The notes under the pieces are model-generated. The model searched no databases. It saw nothing but the letters and a program-made list of their open reading frames with translations, and had not been told where the DNA came from. A stretch of 64,000 nucleotides of DNA, taken from NCBI RefSeq assembly GCF_009914755.1, contig NC_060947.1; one strand, 5' to 3'. This stretch comes from the human T2T-CHM13v2.0 reference genome, Homo sapiens. Positions 18,549 through 47,624 of the stretch are shown one piece after another (the first letter of the stretch is position 1; each line of letters begins with the position of its first letter). Both the position numbers and the translations under genes were made by a program.

Positions 18549-19232
18549 TGACTGGGCCCTTTGGCCCTGGGAATGAAAGCTTAGAAATGGGATTTCAAGT
18601 TGGGATGGCAGCAGGTCGTGTGACTGGTGTTATATTCTCTCTGTCCCCATGGGTAGAGTCAGGCACAGCAGAACTTCAGGGAAGACACAAGTATGAAAAA
18701 AGGGTGTGAAGCATCAGAGTAGCCTGACGGGTGACTAGAGCGACCAACTGCACTCAGACAGTTCAAAATAATTGGCCTACTTTATGTGTATTATAATTTA
18801 AATTAAAATTATTTATAAAATTAAATTTTAAAAATTGGCCTTTTCTAGAGGTATCAGAAATATCTACAGCTTTTCTACAGCTATTCTCAGTCAGGGTTCC
18901 ACTGGAAAGTGTAAAACCCAGGAGGGTTTTTCTATCCCAAAGAGTTCAACACAAGCTATAAGGAAAGTTTGGGTTAGAAAGGAAGAGTCTCTTTGTAATA
19001 ATACAGTAAGAGTAGACTAAGAGCCTTTCCTGTTCTTTGGGTTTTTTACTCCGGCTGTGATTTCCAAAGAATGGGGGAAAATGCGCATGCCTTGAGCTGT
19101 CTAAACAGCCCCCACTAGCAGTGGGATTGGCTGGGATATCAGGGAGGAGCATCCACCCTGGGTGAGAGCCCTTGGTTAACTCCTCCTACAGGCACGTCCC
19201 TCAATGATGTGCTATTTGTGTTCCTTACTCAG

Positions 19233-19334
19233 ATGCGCCAGGGCCGAGGTAGGCTGGGCGAGGAAGACTCTGATGTAGATATTGAAGGGTATGATGATGA
19301 GGAGGAGGATGGGAAACCTAAGACTCCAGCCCCA
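19233..19334 (+). CDS. TAF1: TAF1 alternative cassette exon 35' (34 aa, in frame)
   Basis: ttccttactcag|ATGCGC...GCCCCA|gtgagt; 102 nt, no stop, phase 0/0; MRQGRGRLGEEDSDVDIEGYDDEEEDGKPKTPAP; acidic like the flanking exons. Confidence 0.88.
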
Positions 19335-19613
19335 GTGAGTATGCTTATAGAAAGCTTATGGTTACGTTATGCCCTTATATGATAGGAGCCCCATCAGTAC
19401 AGGCCAGGCCAAATCCTAAGATGATATCAGGGGGTCTCCTTAGTGAGCCCCAATCTGACTTTAATCCTTGGGACCAACTAAACAGTCTATCCACCAAAAA
19501 TAATTACTTAACTTCTTGTGAGGCAGCAAGTGGAGGGATGGGCGGGGCGGGGAGGGGGGGTGTGCCTGGTGGTGGCTTCTGGTCTCTTATGTGGTCAGTT
19601 GATAGGACTTTGA

Positions 19614-19856
<243 letters not shown>

Positions 19857-20674
19857 TAGGCGCTCTTGGCCACATATGCTTTTATTGGAAGCTGCCTCTT
19901 TTATTGAATTCCTATTAATAGACCTGAGAGTACTGAGCACTCAGGCGTAGGATGATCATATTCATTAGCAGGAGGTACAAAAGACAACAGTGGAAAAGAC
20001 AGTGCCTAAGTAACAGCTTTGATCTGGATACTTGTTAAAGGCTGGGCACAGTGGCTCATGCCTGTAATCCCAGCACTTTGGGAAGCCAAGGTAGGAGGAA
20101 CACTTGAGACCAGGAGTTTGAGACCAGCCTAGGCAACATAGCGAGACCCTGTCTCTACAAAAAGTAAATAAATAAAAATTAGCTGGGTGTGGTGGCGAGT
20201 GCTTGTAGTTCTAGTTAGGAGGCTGAGGCAGGAGGATCGCTTGAGCCCAGGACTTCAAGGCTGTAGTGAGCCATGATCATACCATTGCACTACAGCTTAG
20301 GCAACATAGTGAGACTCTGTCTCCAAAGAAAAAGAAAAAAAGATGAGAACAGAATGATCAAGTGTTATATGTGGCAACAGGGAAGGAAAATTAAGAAAAA
20401 TCCTGTTTGGGGATATTTTGTGGATTAATGGCAATGGCCGAGGAAAAGTATGGGAGTAGATGGTAGAAAAAATACAGATAGGTTGGCATGAGATGGAAAA
20501 GGAAATTGTTATTTGGATTCAGATTCTAAACTACAAACCTTGCTGCTGTTGACCCTAGGCAGTTATAAGAGGCATTTGAGGAGAGGCGTATAGGCAAGAT
20601 ACCTGTGTAGATGTGTGAGAGTTACTAGTTTGGGAAGATCAAGCCAAAGATCAAGTTAAATCTGTCAAGCTTAA

Positions 20675-20887
<213 letters not shown>

Positions 20888-22441
20888 TAATCGACAGCAA
20901 CATGCTACAGGGCTGTGGCATCAGTGCCCAGCTATGATGTTGAGGGGCCCAACATCAGATTACTTTTCATCCATCAAACATTTCCTGGGCACCTACTAGG
21001 GCCAGGCACTGTGCTAGGCTCTGGGGATACACAGAGGAGCAAAACATATCCTGCCCTTGAGGAGCCCACAGCCTAGTGGAAAAGACTGACACAAACAAAT
21101 CATTACAAATACAATGTGATAAGTGCTATAGCGTAAGTAAGACAAAGTGCCAAAGCACCACTGAGAAGGGAGTGTCTCAGTCTGCTTGGAGTTATCAGGG
21201 AAAGTTTCACAGACAAGGGAACATTTGAATTGGGCCTTAAAAGATTAATAGGAGTTTACTAAGTAGGTACTATGGCAGGGGGTGGGGAGAACTTTATAGG
21301 TGGAACAATGTGTTCAAAGACACAGAAGTAGAACACAAAGTATGTTCCAGAGCAAATGGAAGTTGTTGGGGAGTTGAGGCTCCAGAAGTGTAGCAAGGGG
21401 GATTATATTGTGAAGGACTTTAAAAGGCATGCTAAGACCTTTGGACCTTAACCTGCGGGTAATAGGAGTCATCAGTTTAAGGAAAAGGAAGTAACATCAA
21501 ATTTGTATAACTTAGGACAATGTGGGACACATGATGAGGATATCAACAGGGACTTGTCAGGAGTGGGGAAAATAAAGGGACATAAAGAGGTAAGGAGGTT
21601 AGATGAATAATGAATGGAGATGTCTGGTAGAGGAAAGAGGAAGAATACATATTAGATGGGGCAGGAAAGGAGGAAAAAATGGATTTGGATTTGGCTTTGG
21701 ACAAGTTAAATTTAATGTATCTATGATACATCTAACCAGCAAGCAGATAATATGCAATAACATTGTAAACAAATTAATTTTTTACTTCAGCAAATATTTA
21801 TCATAAGTACAAAAACAACTAAGATATGGTCCCTTCCTTCAAGGAGATCAGTCTAGTAGGAAACCTAAAACAGGTAAAACAGGCAATCATAGTGTAATAT
21901 GAAAAGTGCTATGCTAGGCAACCGCAGGGTTTTTCTAGGACTTGGGTAGAGGTGGGGAGGGAGGAGAGCTGGCTAGAGAAGGAAATTGAGCCTAATATGA
22001 ATAGGAATTAGCTAAACGAATAAGAAAGCAATGGGCATTCCAGAGACTAGGAAGAGCCTATATGAAGACACAGGCATGAAACACTTCACAGGCATGAAAC
22101 GCTTTCAGAGAACACACGTAGCTCAGTGTGACTGGAGATTTTTTGATTGATCCATGTAAGATCTATAATTCATGTGATAGAAATGACTTAAAGAGGTAGG
22201 TAAATACCAAATCATGAAGGGCCTGAAAGTTCTGGGCGGTCATTGAATGAGAATAGTATGACCAGATTTACATTTTAGAAAGATTGTCCTGTGCCCCAAA
22301 AGAAAAATGGGCAAAGGCATGAACTAATTTACAAAAGAAATGTAAATGGCCAATATATCATATGAAAAAATAACTTCCAGCCGGGCGCGGTGGCTCATGC
22401 CTAAAATCCCAGCACTTTGGGAGGCCGAGGCAGGCAGATCA

Positions 22442-22769
<328 letters not shown>

Positions 22770-23889
22770 CTAGTGTTTGGAAAGGCTATGAGGAAAAAGA
22801 CATTCTCAAACTACTGGTGGTAATGTCGATTGATAGAAATGGGGTGGTTTGGAGAGAGGCTTATTTATTTATCATCATAAATAAAAACATTTAAAAACGT
22901 GCATCCCCTTTGGCCCAAAAAATCCACATCTAGGAAATTATTTTATGGGAATAATTAACACACCATCAAGATGTTTGTGTAAGGATGTTTTATGACAGCA
23001 TTGTTTCTAATAGTGGAATAATTGGAGACAGCTTAAATGTCCTAGTGAGAGACTGTTAAGTCATGTTACAGCCATGTGTGGAATACCATGTAGCTATTAA
23101 AATTATGCTATAGACGTTATGTTTATTGACATGGAAAGATGTTCATTATAATCATTAGTGAAGAGGGCAGATTTCCTGGAGAGTATGTAGAGTATCCCAA
23201 TTTTGTAAATTAAAAAAAATGTTTAAGCATCTAAAGTTCACAAAAAATTTTGGAAGGTAATATACCAAAAGATTATCTCTGGATGATGGAGTTATTGATT
23301 TTTTTAAATTTTTTTCTGGTGTATATTCTAATTTTTTTAACCAGTGAACGTGCATTACTTGTGTGATTTTTTTTTCAAGTAAAATTAAGAATAAACAAAC
23401 AAACAAAAAAATAAAGAGCACTCTGGCAGAAGTGTGAAGAAGTAATTGGAGGAGAGCAAGACTGGCGGCATGACGACTTATTTCAGTAGTGCAGGCCAGA
23501 GATAACAAAGGACTAAGCCAAGGTAGGCAGAGTAGGGATGGAAAGGAGGGGATAGAGACAAGATATATTGAAGAGAGAATCTTCAGGACTATTGACTAAT
23601 TGGATACTGTAAGTGGTAGATGAAACCATGAGGCTGTCAGAGCATTTATGGTCATGTAAGATGGCAGTGTGTTGTTCAGGTGTAAGGGAGTTTCTTCCAT
23701 TCAGGTTCTTGTGTATATGACGTTGGCAAGTTGATGTTTTTGAACAGGGTCATTTTTCTCTCAGGGACATGTAGAATAGTCCAGAACCAGTCACTTTAGT
23801 GTCCAGGGGAGGTGAGATGGGCTGATCCTTTGGTGGCACTGAGAATGGGAATGGTCAGGTAGAGGATGGTGTCCGAGCTTGAGAGATGA

Positions 23890-24129
<240 letters not shown>

Positions 24130-24505
24130 GGCTTCCTTTGGGCCTCCTTGGTCAGCCTTCCCTGTTCTCCAGCCTAGGTGGTTCACCTTTCCCCAATTTG
24201 TTCATATTTGTACAGTATCTGATCCTGAAATCATGAAATTAACTAACACCTTAGCCTTTTTAAAAGTAGTAAGTAAATGATAATAAATCACCTCTCCTAA
24301 TCTTCCTGGGGCAATGTCACCCTTTGATTTAAAACAAAGCAACCCCCTTTCCCCTACCACTACGGAAAAGAGCAAGCTCATTTTTCCGTGTCCTCCTTTA
24401 TTTAACTCCATTTATTGCTTTTGGTATAATTTTTCCCTGGGGAAGGAGGGGAAATTATGAAAGAACTAGTAACTTTATGTCCTCTTGATGTATTAGGAAA
24501 TTTCC

Positions 24506-24829
<324 letters not shown>

Positions 24830-26065
24830 CTAATTTACAGGCTGGAGCAGATGAGAGCCCTCCTGCTGGGACAGAGAATTGGGTTCTAGTGGACTCTGTG
24901 CTACACTTAAACCTGTGAGACAAACCGCCCATTATTTTATTATTTAATTATGCAATGCCTAGTTCCTAAATGGATTGGAGGCAAATTACCGTAAATTTTG
25001 AAACAGCCTATATGTCAGAAATGATAATGTTGCCACCTAAATGTTTTCTGTCCCCCCCACCCTCCCCAGGGGAAATGGTAGGAAAATGGTAAGTTTCTTA
25101 GGGCAAAGACTGTGTCTTCTGTTTCTTTTCATGCTTAGGATATGGTTCTGTGCATAGTAGGTACTCAGTAAATGTTCCTAGAATCATAAAATCCTCAACA
25201 GATATGTTACTGAGCATCTGCTTTTCATGATAAGCACTCTATCAGATCCTTGGGATGCAAAGGTAAATAAGACAAATCCCTTTTACCCAAAGAGCTCACC
25301 ATCAAGTTGGGGGAGGGAAAGTGGAATTCAAAACATGTTAATAAATCATCATAGTACTGTGAGATAAGTGCAATTAAGAAGCTAGTTATAAAGTATAGGG
25401 GAAATAGAGGAGTAATCATGTCTGAAAAGTCAGGAAAGTCTTCCTAGAGGTAATTTTTAAGCTGATTGTTTTAGAATTAGTAGAAGCTTGCCAGATGGAA
25501 AAGTCCAGGCAAAGTGTAACATGAATGGGAAAGGCCACAGTCTAGAAATGGCAGAGTGTGTTCCTAGTTTGTTTGTTTGTTTGTTTGTACCTGCCTTGTT
25601 CCAGGAAGGATTTAATGTGGTTTATATTCCAGTCCTTTAATGCTGGAAGGGCTGAGATGAGACTGAAAGATGGGCAGGAAGTATATCATCACAAGCTTTG
25701 TGTTTGATGTTAATGTGTATGATTTTTATATTATGGGAAATAAGCTCTTAGAGGAGTGATATAATCAGGTTTGTGTTTTAGAAATCTGTGTAATGAATGA
25801 ATGAAGAAAGAAATTGAAGAATCATGTAACATATGTGATCGCATTTTTGTAAAAGAACCATGTGTGTTTATATGTGTTTATATATATACTTGTGTATGCA
25901 AAGGTAAAAGTCTGAAAGGATATATGCTAACTGTTCACAATGATAACCCCCCAGGAATGGGATTGGAGGGGAGGGGGCTTCTGTGTTTGTTATGTATGCT
26001 GGGTGGGATATTGTGCTTTTATTTCTATATTGTTTGAATTTTTTTACAGTATGTATTATTTTTGT

Positions 26066-26071
26066 AATAAA
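26066..26071 (+). terminator. Distal polyadenylation signal AATAAA
   Basis: tttgtAATAAAaattt, preceded by U-rich and TGTA elements. Confidence 0.7.
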
Positions 26072-26312
26072 AATTTTAAAAAATTCCAGCAGTAGTGTGG
26101 AGAATGGTTTGGATGGATCTAGTTCAAGTAAGAGAGAATGGAGCCCAAACTGGTGCTATGGCATTGGGATGGGGAGGAGGGGGATGGATTTGAGAGATCT
26201 TTAGGGAGTAGGACTTGGCATTTGTGGGTAGAGAAGGAGGAATGGAAGGTGGCTTCCAGAATTTTGGTTGGGGGGATTGGGTGAGTACATGGTATTCATT
26301 GGTTCATTTTAA

Positions 26313-26892
<580 letters not shown>

Positions 26893-27169
26893 TAAGCAGC
26901 CTGCCAGATGCTGATAGAGAAGTAAGATATAGTTCCTGATTGCAAGGAACTTAAGGTCTAGAATGAGAGGTAGATATGTAAATAAACAAGTTTAATAAAA
27001 AGTGATCATTGCAATAAATATTTACAAGAATCCGTGGTGAGAGGAAAAAGTTCTTGACTCTTTACGAAGTAGGAACAAGAATGCTTCACAGAGGAGACCC
27101 TTAAAAAAAACCATGAAGAGTGGAAAGGAATTTACCAGATATTCATAGGGGTGGGATGGGAGGGCATTC

Positions 27170-27401
27170 TTTTTTTTTTTTTTTTTTTTAATTTATTGAT
27201 GATTCTTGGGTGTTTCTCGGAGAGGGGGATGTGGCAGGGTCATAGGATAATAGTGGAGAGAAGGTGGGCAGATAAACACGTGAACAAAGGTCTCTGGTTT
27301 TCCTAGGCAGAGGACCCTGCGGCCTTCCACAGTGTTTGTGTCCCTGGGTACTTGAGATTAGGGAGTGGTGATGACTCAACGAGCATGCTGCCTTCAAGCA
27401 T
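27170..27401 (-). mobile_element. Severely 5'-truncated SVA (SINE-R end plus polyA), older SVA_A-like
   Basis: Homologous to 11595-11802, with different diagnostic bases (gatgtggcagg, gataatagtggagagaagg). Confidence 0.9.
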
Positions 27402-28056
27402 AATAACCCAGAACTTCTGGGCTCAAGCAATCTTCCCACCTCAGCTTCCCAAGTAGTAGGGACTACAGGTGCATGCTACCACTCCTGGCTTCCAATCCTT
27501 TTCTAAAGAGGCCAGTTTTTCTTGAGTTTATCTGTGCTTATTTCTTCTAAGTTTGGGAGGTTTCAGTAAGGATGCCATTCACTTTTATCATCCCACTTCC
27601 ATGATAATAATTTCTATATCTACAATTTATTGATCACATAATATTCCAGATCACATAACATGCTTTATGTATTAGGTTTAACCATATGAAAAACATTTTT
27701 GTAGGTCAAAAAGAATAAATATTGGCAATTTCACATGTTTCAATCTAGTTTGTAGTCTCCCTTAATCCTCACAATAACCTTGAGGGTAGGTGGTAGTATG
27801 CCTATTTTTACAGATGACAAAATCTGAAGATTAGAAGGATTAAGTGACATTCGTAACATCACTAAGTGGTAGAGCCAGGATTTGAACATGGGACTACCTG
27901 TTTTCAAAACATGTTTTTAAACACAGTATACCTTTAAAGAAAATATTATGATGAGAATGTGGTAAACCAGGCCCTGAAACACTGCTTGGGAGTGTAACTC
28001 AGTACAACTTTGCTGAAAGCTATTTGACACCGTGCATCAAGAGCATTAAGTTTTCA

Positions 28057-31456
<3,400 letters not shown>

Positions 31457-31663
31457 TGAATGGAACCCAGATATATATTATGCTTTCTAAACATTATGTC
31501 ATAAATTGTCTTCCATGTTTCTACATAGTTTATGAAATGGTCACTTTTTTTTTTTTTTTTTTTTGGTGACAGGGTCTCCCTCTGTCGCCCAGGCTGGAGT
31601 GCAGTGGTGCAATCATGGCTCACCAAAACCTTGACTTCCTGGGCTCAGGTGATCCTCCCACCT

Positions 31664-32190
31664 TGTTACTGGTGGAGGGTGTCCAGGTTCTTGGCATTTG
31701 GAACAAAGAATTGGACAAAAGGCACAAACAAAGCAAGGAAAGAATGAAGCAACAGCACAGCAGAGATTTATTGAAAACGAAAGTACACTCCACAGGGTGG
31801 GAAGCGGGCCTGAGCAGCCGCTCAAGGGCCCCAACACAGAATCTTCTCAGGTCCAAATACCCCCTAGACGTTTCCCATTGGCTACTTGGTGTTCACCCCA
31901 TGTAAATGAAGTGGTGGCCCACAATCAGTCTGATTGGTTGTGGACAGCAACCAATCTGAGGCTGAAGTGACATTACAAAGTTACACTCCTATGCAAACCT
32001 CTGATTAGTTGAGGTACTTTCAATTTCCCAACTGCCAGGCAGAAAAGGAGGGGGTTTGCAAAGGGCATAGCCTCTGGTCCTTTTGTTACTTAGACATGGA
32101 AACTTAGAGTTTTCCTTTCAATTTAGTTCTAGGAAGTCAGCGTGAAACGGCCTTAGGTTCCCTACCTCCAGACCCTATTCTCCTGCCTCA
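31664..32190 (-). mobile_element. Solo ERV1 LTR (MER51A-like) inserted in an AluJ
   Basis: TG...CA ends; - strand starts TGAGGCAGGAGAATAGGGTCTGGAGG; 4-bp TSD acct at 31660-31663 and 32191-32194; the Alu is continuous across it. Confidence 0.88.
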
Positions 32191-32552
32191 ACCTCAGCCT
32201 CCCAAGTAGCTGGGACTACAGGCATGTGCCACCACGCCTGGCTAACTTTTTGTATTTTTTTAATAGATAAAAGGTTTTGCACAGGCTAGTCTCGAACTCC
32301 TGGGCTCAAGCAATCTGCCCACCTTGGCTTAATAGTTTATTGAATTAATTTATCCTTATTTACTTAGCCATTTCCCTATTATTAGTTTGTTCTAAGATTT
32401 CAGAATTTTCGATAATACAATGAACATTTCATCCATATAGCTTTTACTTCTGTCTCATTGCTTCTCTTGCATCAGTTCTTGAGTATAGAATTATTAAGCC
32501 AAAGGTCAAAAACAGTTCTTTGAAATTGTTATTGGCCAGGTGTGGTGGCTCA

Positions 32553-32846
<294 letters not shown>

Positions 32847-35557
32847 CTATGTAAAACACAGTTAAAAATCAGAACAGCTCAGAATGAATAGCAAGTTCCC
32901 TTCCCTACCCCTTCCCTTTTCTCTTCTGCTCACTTTCTCCAGAGGTGACCACTTTTATCTGTTACAAAGATATTTATGAGTTTTGATATGTAGTGTCATA
33001 TTGCTTTTCAAAAGTTTGTATTTGTTTATCTTGCCAGAAGTCCTATGTAAACATACGAACTTCACTACAACTTTGACAACTTTAGATATTATTTAGAAAG
33101 GGTTTTTTTTGTTGCTCATTTTCACTTGTTCAATAAACATTCCAGCACTTAGTACATGTGACAACTGAGAATATGAAGAATGAGATACAGCATTTGCCCT
33201 CAAGTGTCACAGGTAGTCAGATAGACACAATAAGCACAAACCTGAGAGTAGGGTGTGGCTGATGCAGCAGAAGTACATGAGAGGAAGGGGGAAATTTGGG
33301 AGGAAAAGGAAATCAACTTTGCAGGGTATAGGCAGGTTGGGTGAGTGTGAGGAAAAGCTTTACAGTACAAAAGACCTTTAAGCTGAATCTGAATGGATAA
33401 CAGGGGGTTGGCAGGTGAGGTGGGGTGAGGATATTCCAGACAGATAGTACCATATCCAAAAGCCAGAGCCATGGCCAGGTGCAGTGACTCTTGCCTGTAA
33501 TACCGGGGATTTAGAGGCTGAGGCGGGATGATCACTTAAGGCCGTGAGTTTGAGACGTTGCCATAGTGAGAATACATCTCTTAAAAAAAATTTTTTTTTT
33601 AAATTTTTTAATTAGTCGGGCATGGTGGTGTGCACCTCTAGTCCTAGCTACTTGGGAGGCTGAAGTGGGAGAATCACTTTACCCTAGGAGTTCGAGAAGG
33701 CTACAGTGAGCCGTGAGCCACTACATGGAGCCACTACATTCCAGCCTGGGCAACAGAGCATGATACCCCCGACTCTTAAAAACAACAATAACAACAACAA
33801 CAACAAAACCAGAGACATGAATTACCATGAAATGTTTGGACAGCTACGAGTAGCCCAGTATAATTGGAGCATTGGGTATATAGGGAAGGAAGGTGAGGGT
33901 TGGGGAAAGGTGAAGAAGGCAGGGCAGATTATGAAACAGGTCCTCTGGCTGGGCGCGGTGGCTCATGCCTATAATCCCACTAGTTTGGGAGGCCAAGGAG
34001 GGTGATCACCTGAAGTCAAGAGTTCGAGACCAGTGTAGGCAACATGGTGAAACTACGTCTCTATTAAAAGTACAAAAATTAGCTGGGCGTGGTGTCGGGC
34101 GCCTGTAATCCCAGCTACTCAGGAGGCTGAGGTATGAGAATCGCTTGAAACCGGGAAGCAGAGGTTGTAGTGAGCCAAGATTGCACCACTGCACTCCAGT
34201 CTGGGTGACAAGAGCAAAACTCTGAAAAAAGAAAGAAAGAGAGAGAGAGAGAGCAAGCAAGCAAGCAAGAGTCCTCAAAGGATTTATGGGCCATGGTAAG
34301 GAGTTTGGACTTGATCGTGATTGACAATGCAGAATTTTACGCAGGTGAAGGATGTGATTAGATTTAGTTTGGTCGCAGAGAGATTAGCCCTGGTTTCAGA
34401 GTATGTATATATTTAATGTAGTGAATGTATTAGGGAAGGAGCCAGGCTTGGGGAAAAAGCACCTGTTATAAGACTATAAGGTGAGAGGTGATGAGTGCTT
34501 CAATTAAAGCAATGACTGGGTTGGAGAATATGGGCTAGATTTGGGAGATGTTTAGGAGGTAGACTCAACTGCATTTGGTGACTGACTATTATTGGCAGAC
34601 AAGGAATAAGGAGGCATATAGGATTCATTCATCCAGTCAATAAATATAGTGTACCCACCATGCACCTGACACTGTTCTAGGCTCTGGCAGTATAGCATGG
34701 AAAACATGGATATAAATCCTATTCTCACGGAGCTTGCATTCCAGTGGAAAAGAACAGACAATAAACAAGTAAACACAAACTGTGAGAAGTAAAAGAAGGT
34801 GATGCATTGAAGTAATTGTGGCTGGGTTGGAGTAGAGGCCATCCTACTTTAGATAGGTAGACAGAGAAGGTGTCTAATAATGAGGTGGCATTTTAGCTGA
34901 GACTTGAAGATGAGAAAGAGCCATCCGTGCATTGAGCAAGGGGAAGATCATTCTAGGTAGAAGGAATAGTAAGATCAAAGGCTCTGAGGCAAAAAAGAGG
35001 TTGGTGTATTTGAGGAACTGAAATATTGCTAGAGTTTCTGGGAGTGTAATAGGCAAAGGGGAGAGTGGAATTCTTCCAGGTTTTTGTCTTAGGAAATCAG
35101 GGATGGGGGTGGGACATGATTGTGGAAGAACTTAAGGAATAGGTTTTGGGTTGAAGATGGTAATGAATTAAGTGTCAAATTTGGTGAATGAGATGTCTGG
35201 GAGACATCCAAGTGGAGATGTTCAGTAAGTAGCTGGAAATAGTGGAGCTCAGGAGAAAGGCTGGGTTGTTATGTCATTAGCTAATGGACAGAATGTAAAG
35301 TTACGGAGATGAGATCAGGCCCAAGGGGAGAACTTGGGAAAAGACCCAATGTTCAATGGGAGGGCAAAGGTAGAAGAAGCTAGAGGCGTCAGGCGCAGTG
35401 GCTCACGCCTGTAATCCCAGCACTTTGGGAGGCTGAGGCGGGCGGATCACGAGATCAGGAGTTTGAGACCAGCCTGGCCAATATGGTGAAACTCCGTCTC
35501 TACTAAAAATACAAAAAATTAGCCAGGCATGGTGGCGGGAGCCTGTAGTCCCAGTTA

Positions 35558-39920
<4,363 letters not shown>

Positions 39921-39947
39921 AGTGACTGGAAGGTGAGAAAGCAGCTA

Positions 39948-40151
<204 letters not shown>

Positions 40152-40154
40152 TCA

Positions 40155-40304
<150 letters not shown>

Positions 40305-40307
40305 TCA

Positions 40308-40508
<201 letters not shown>

Positions 40509-41064
40509 TCATTCAACAAACATTTATTGAATTCCCACTATGTACCCGGTAGTATGCTGGGCCTTGGGGTACAGAGATATATTTATTCAATTATGTAGTT
40601 ACCCATTCTTCTAAAAGCCAGAAATAATTCATATATTCATTCAATAAATATTTATTAAGTGAATACTACGTACCAAGATTAATCTAAGTGCTGGAAATAC
40701 AGCATTGAACAAAAGTCCTTTCATGGAGGTGGAGAGAGGCAATAAATATCTGTGAGGTGGTGATAAGTACTATAAAGAACACTAAAGTAATATAATGGTA
40801 TAAAGAGAATGTGTATGTGTTAAGGAGGAGAGAGTTGCTATTTTAGATAAGGTGATCAGGAAAGGCCTTTCAGAGAAGGTGACATCTGAACAGAGAAATT
40901 AATGAAGTGAAGGAATAAATTATGTGGCTATCTGGGGGAAGATCATTCCAGGCAAAGAGAAAACACATGCAAGGGGTACTTAGGAGGCTATTGTAGTAAT
41001 CTAGGCAGGAGATGATGGTGGCTTGGTTGAGGTTGATAGTAATGGAGATGGTGAAAAGTGTTTA

Positions 41065-41430
<366 letters not shown>

Positions 41431-41534
41431 TTAATTGTACAAATCATGAAGGCATTCCACAGAAAACCACATATCTATAGGTATGGATGCTTAAGAATAT
41501 ATTTCATAATGGATCTTTGATTTGGAATATCTGA

Positions 41535-41769
<235 letters not shown>

Positions 41770-42506
41770 TAGCTGGGAATACAGGTGCATGCCACCATGC
41801 CCGGCTAATTTTTTGTATTTTTAGTAGAGGCGGGGTCTCACCGTGTTAGCCAGGATGGTCTCGATCTCCTGACCCCATGATCCGCCTGCCTCGGCCTCCC
41901 AAAGTGCTGGGATTACAGGCATGAGCCACTGCGCCCGGCCTATTGATGGGTTTTAAGTAGGAAAATGACATGATGCCATTTGTGTGGTTATAAGTAACAA
42001 AAAACTTGACTTAAATAAGTAGGTATTTGTTTTTCTCATATAAGAAGTCCAGAGATAGGTAGTTGTTGGCTTTGGTTCAAAGGCTTAGCAATGGCATCAA
42101 GAATTCAATCTCCATCTGTCTGCTTAACCCTCCTTAGCAGGTTGGCTTTCGGCCTTCGTGCTTGTTGCCTTATGATCACAGGATGGCTGCTTTAGTTCTA
42201 GTAATCACATTCATGTTTGGGGAAGGAAACTGGAGAAAGTAGTGGCACTATGGCTGTCCCTTATATCATGAAAGCACAAGCTTTCTCCCACTATCAACAC
42301 ACTTCCCTTTATCTCATGGCCAATACTGGACAATATGGCAACTTGCAGCTTTAAGGTTGTACAATTGTGAATCTCACAAATGGAAACAGGTTTAGACAAA
42401 GCATGATTCATATTGGGGTTGGGCATATTTCTTCCCTGCACATATATGGGTTATTTTGGCAAATAAGAAGTGGAGGGGGTGGCTCTTGAGTGGACAATTA
42501 ACAACA

Positions 42507-44075
<1,569 letters not shown>

Positions 44076-44351
44076 TTATTCAGGTTTCCCCAGTTTGCCT
44101 CATTCTTTTCTTTTTCTTTTTTCTTTTATTTTTTGTAGAAATGAGGTCTCACTATGTTGCTGAGGCCAGTCTCAATCTCCTGGCATCAAGTGATCCTTTG
44201 GCCTCAGCCTCCCAAAGTGCTGGGATTATAGGCGTGAGCCAGCACATCCAGCCCTCATTCTTTTAAAACATCCTATGGATAGACATTTAATTTTCCAATT
44301 TTTTGCTTTAACAATGTTTGAGTCTCCTGGACTCTATTGAGTTCCACTTAA

Positions 44352-45270
<919 letters not shown>

Positions 45271-45274
45271 TTAA

Positions 45275-47090
<1,816 letters not shown>

Positions 47091-47426
47091 GGTATAATTT
47101 TCTTCATAATTACTGTACTTGGAGTATGTTGTGATTCTTGGACCTGTGTTTATGGTATTCATCACATTTGGAAAAATTTCAGCCTTTTTTTTTTTTATCC
47201 ACCCCTCTTCCTTCAGGGACTCCCATCACATGTATAGAAGGCTGCTTGGGATTGCCCCCCAGCTCATTGATGATCTGTTCTTTCTTTCCGTCTTTTTTTC
47301 TCTATGCTTCATTCCAATAGTTTCTATTATTATGCCTTCAAGTTCACTAATCTTTTTTTCTGTAGTACCTAATTTGCTGTTAGTCCCATCTAATGTATGT
47401 ATTTTTTTTTTTTTTTTTTTTTTTGA

Positions 47427-47624
<198 letters not shown>

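Noticed and set aside
18790-18836. AT-only quasi-palindrome
   Set aside because: Low complexity; imperfect symmetry is expected by chance.
19081-19091. NRF1-like TGCGCATGCC before exon 35' as an internal promoter
   Set aside because: Partial motif with no CpG island or other support.
22068-22102. 18-bp tandem duplication (cacaggcatgaaac..)
   Set aside because: Ordinary slippage within old repeat-derived intronic DNA.
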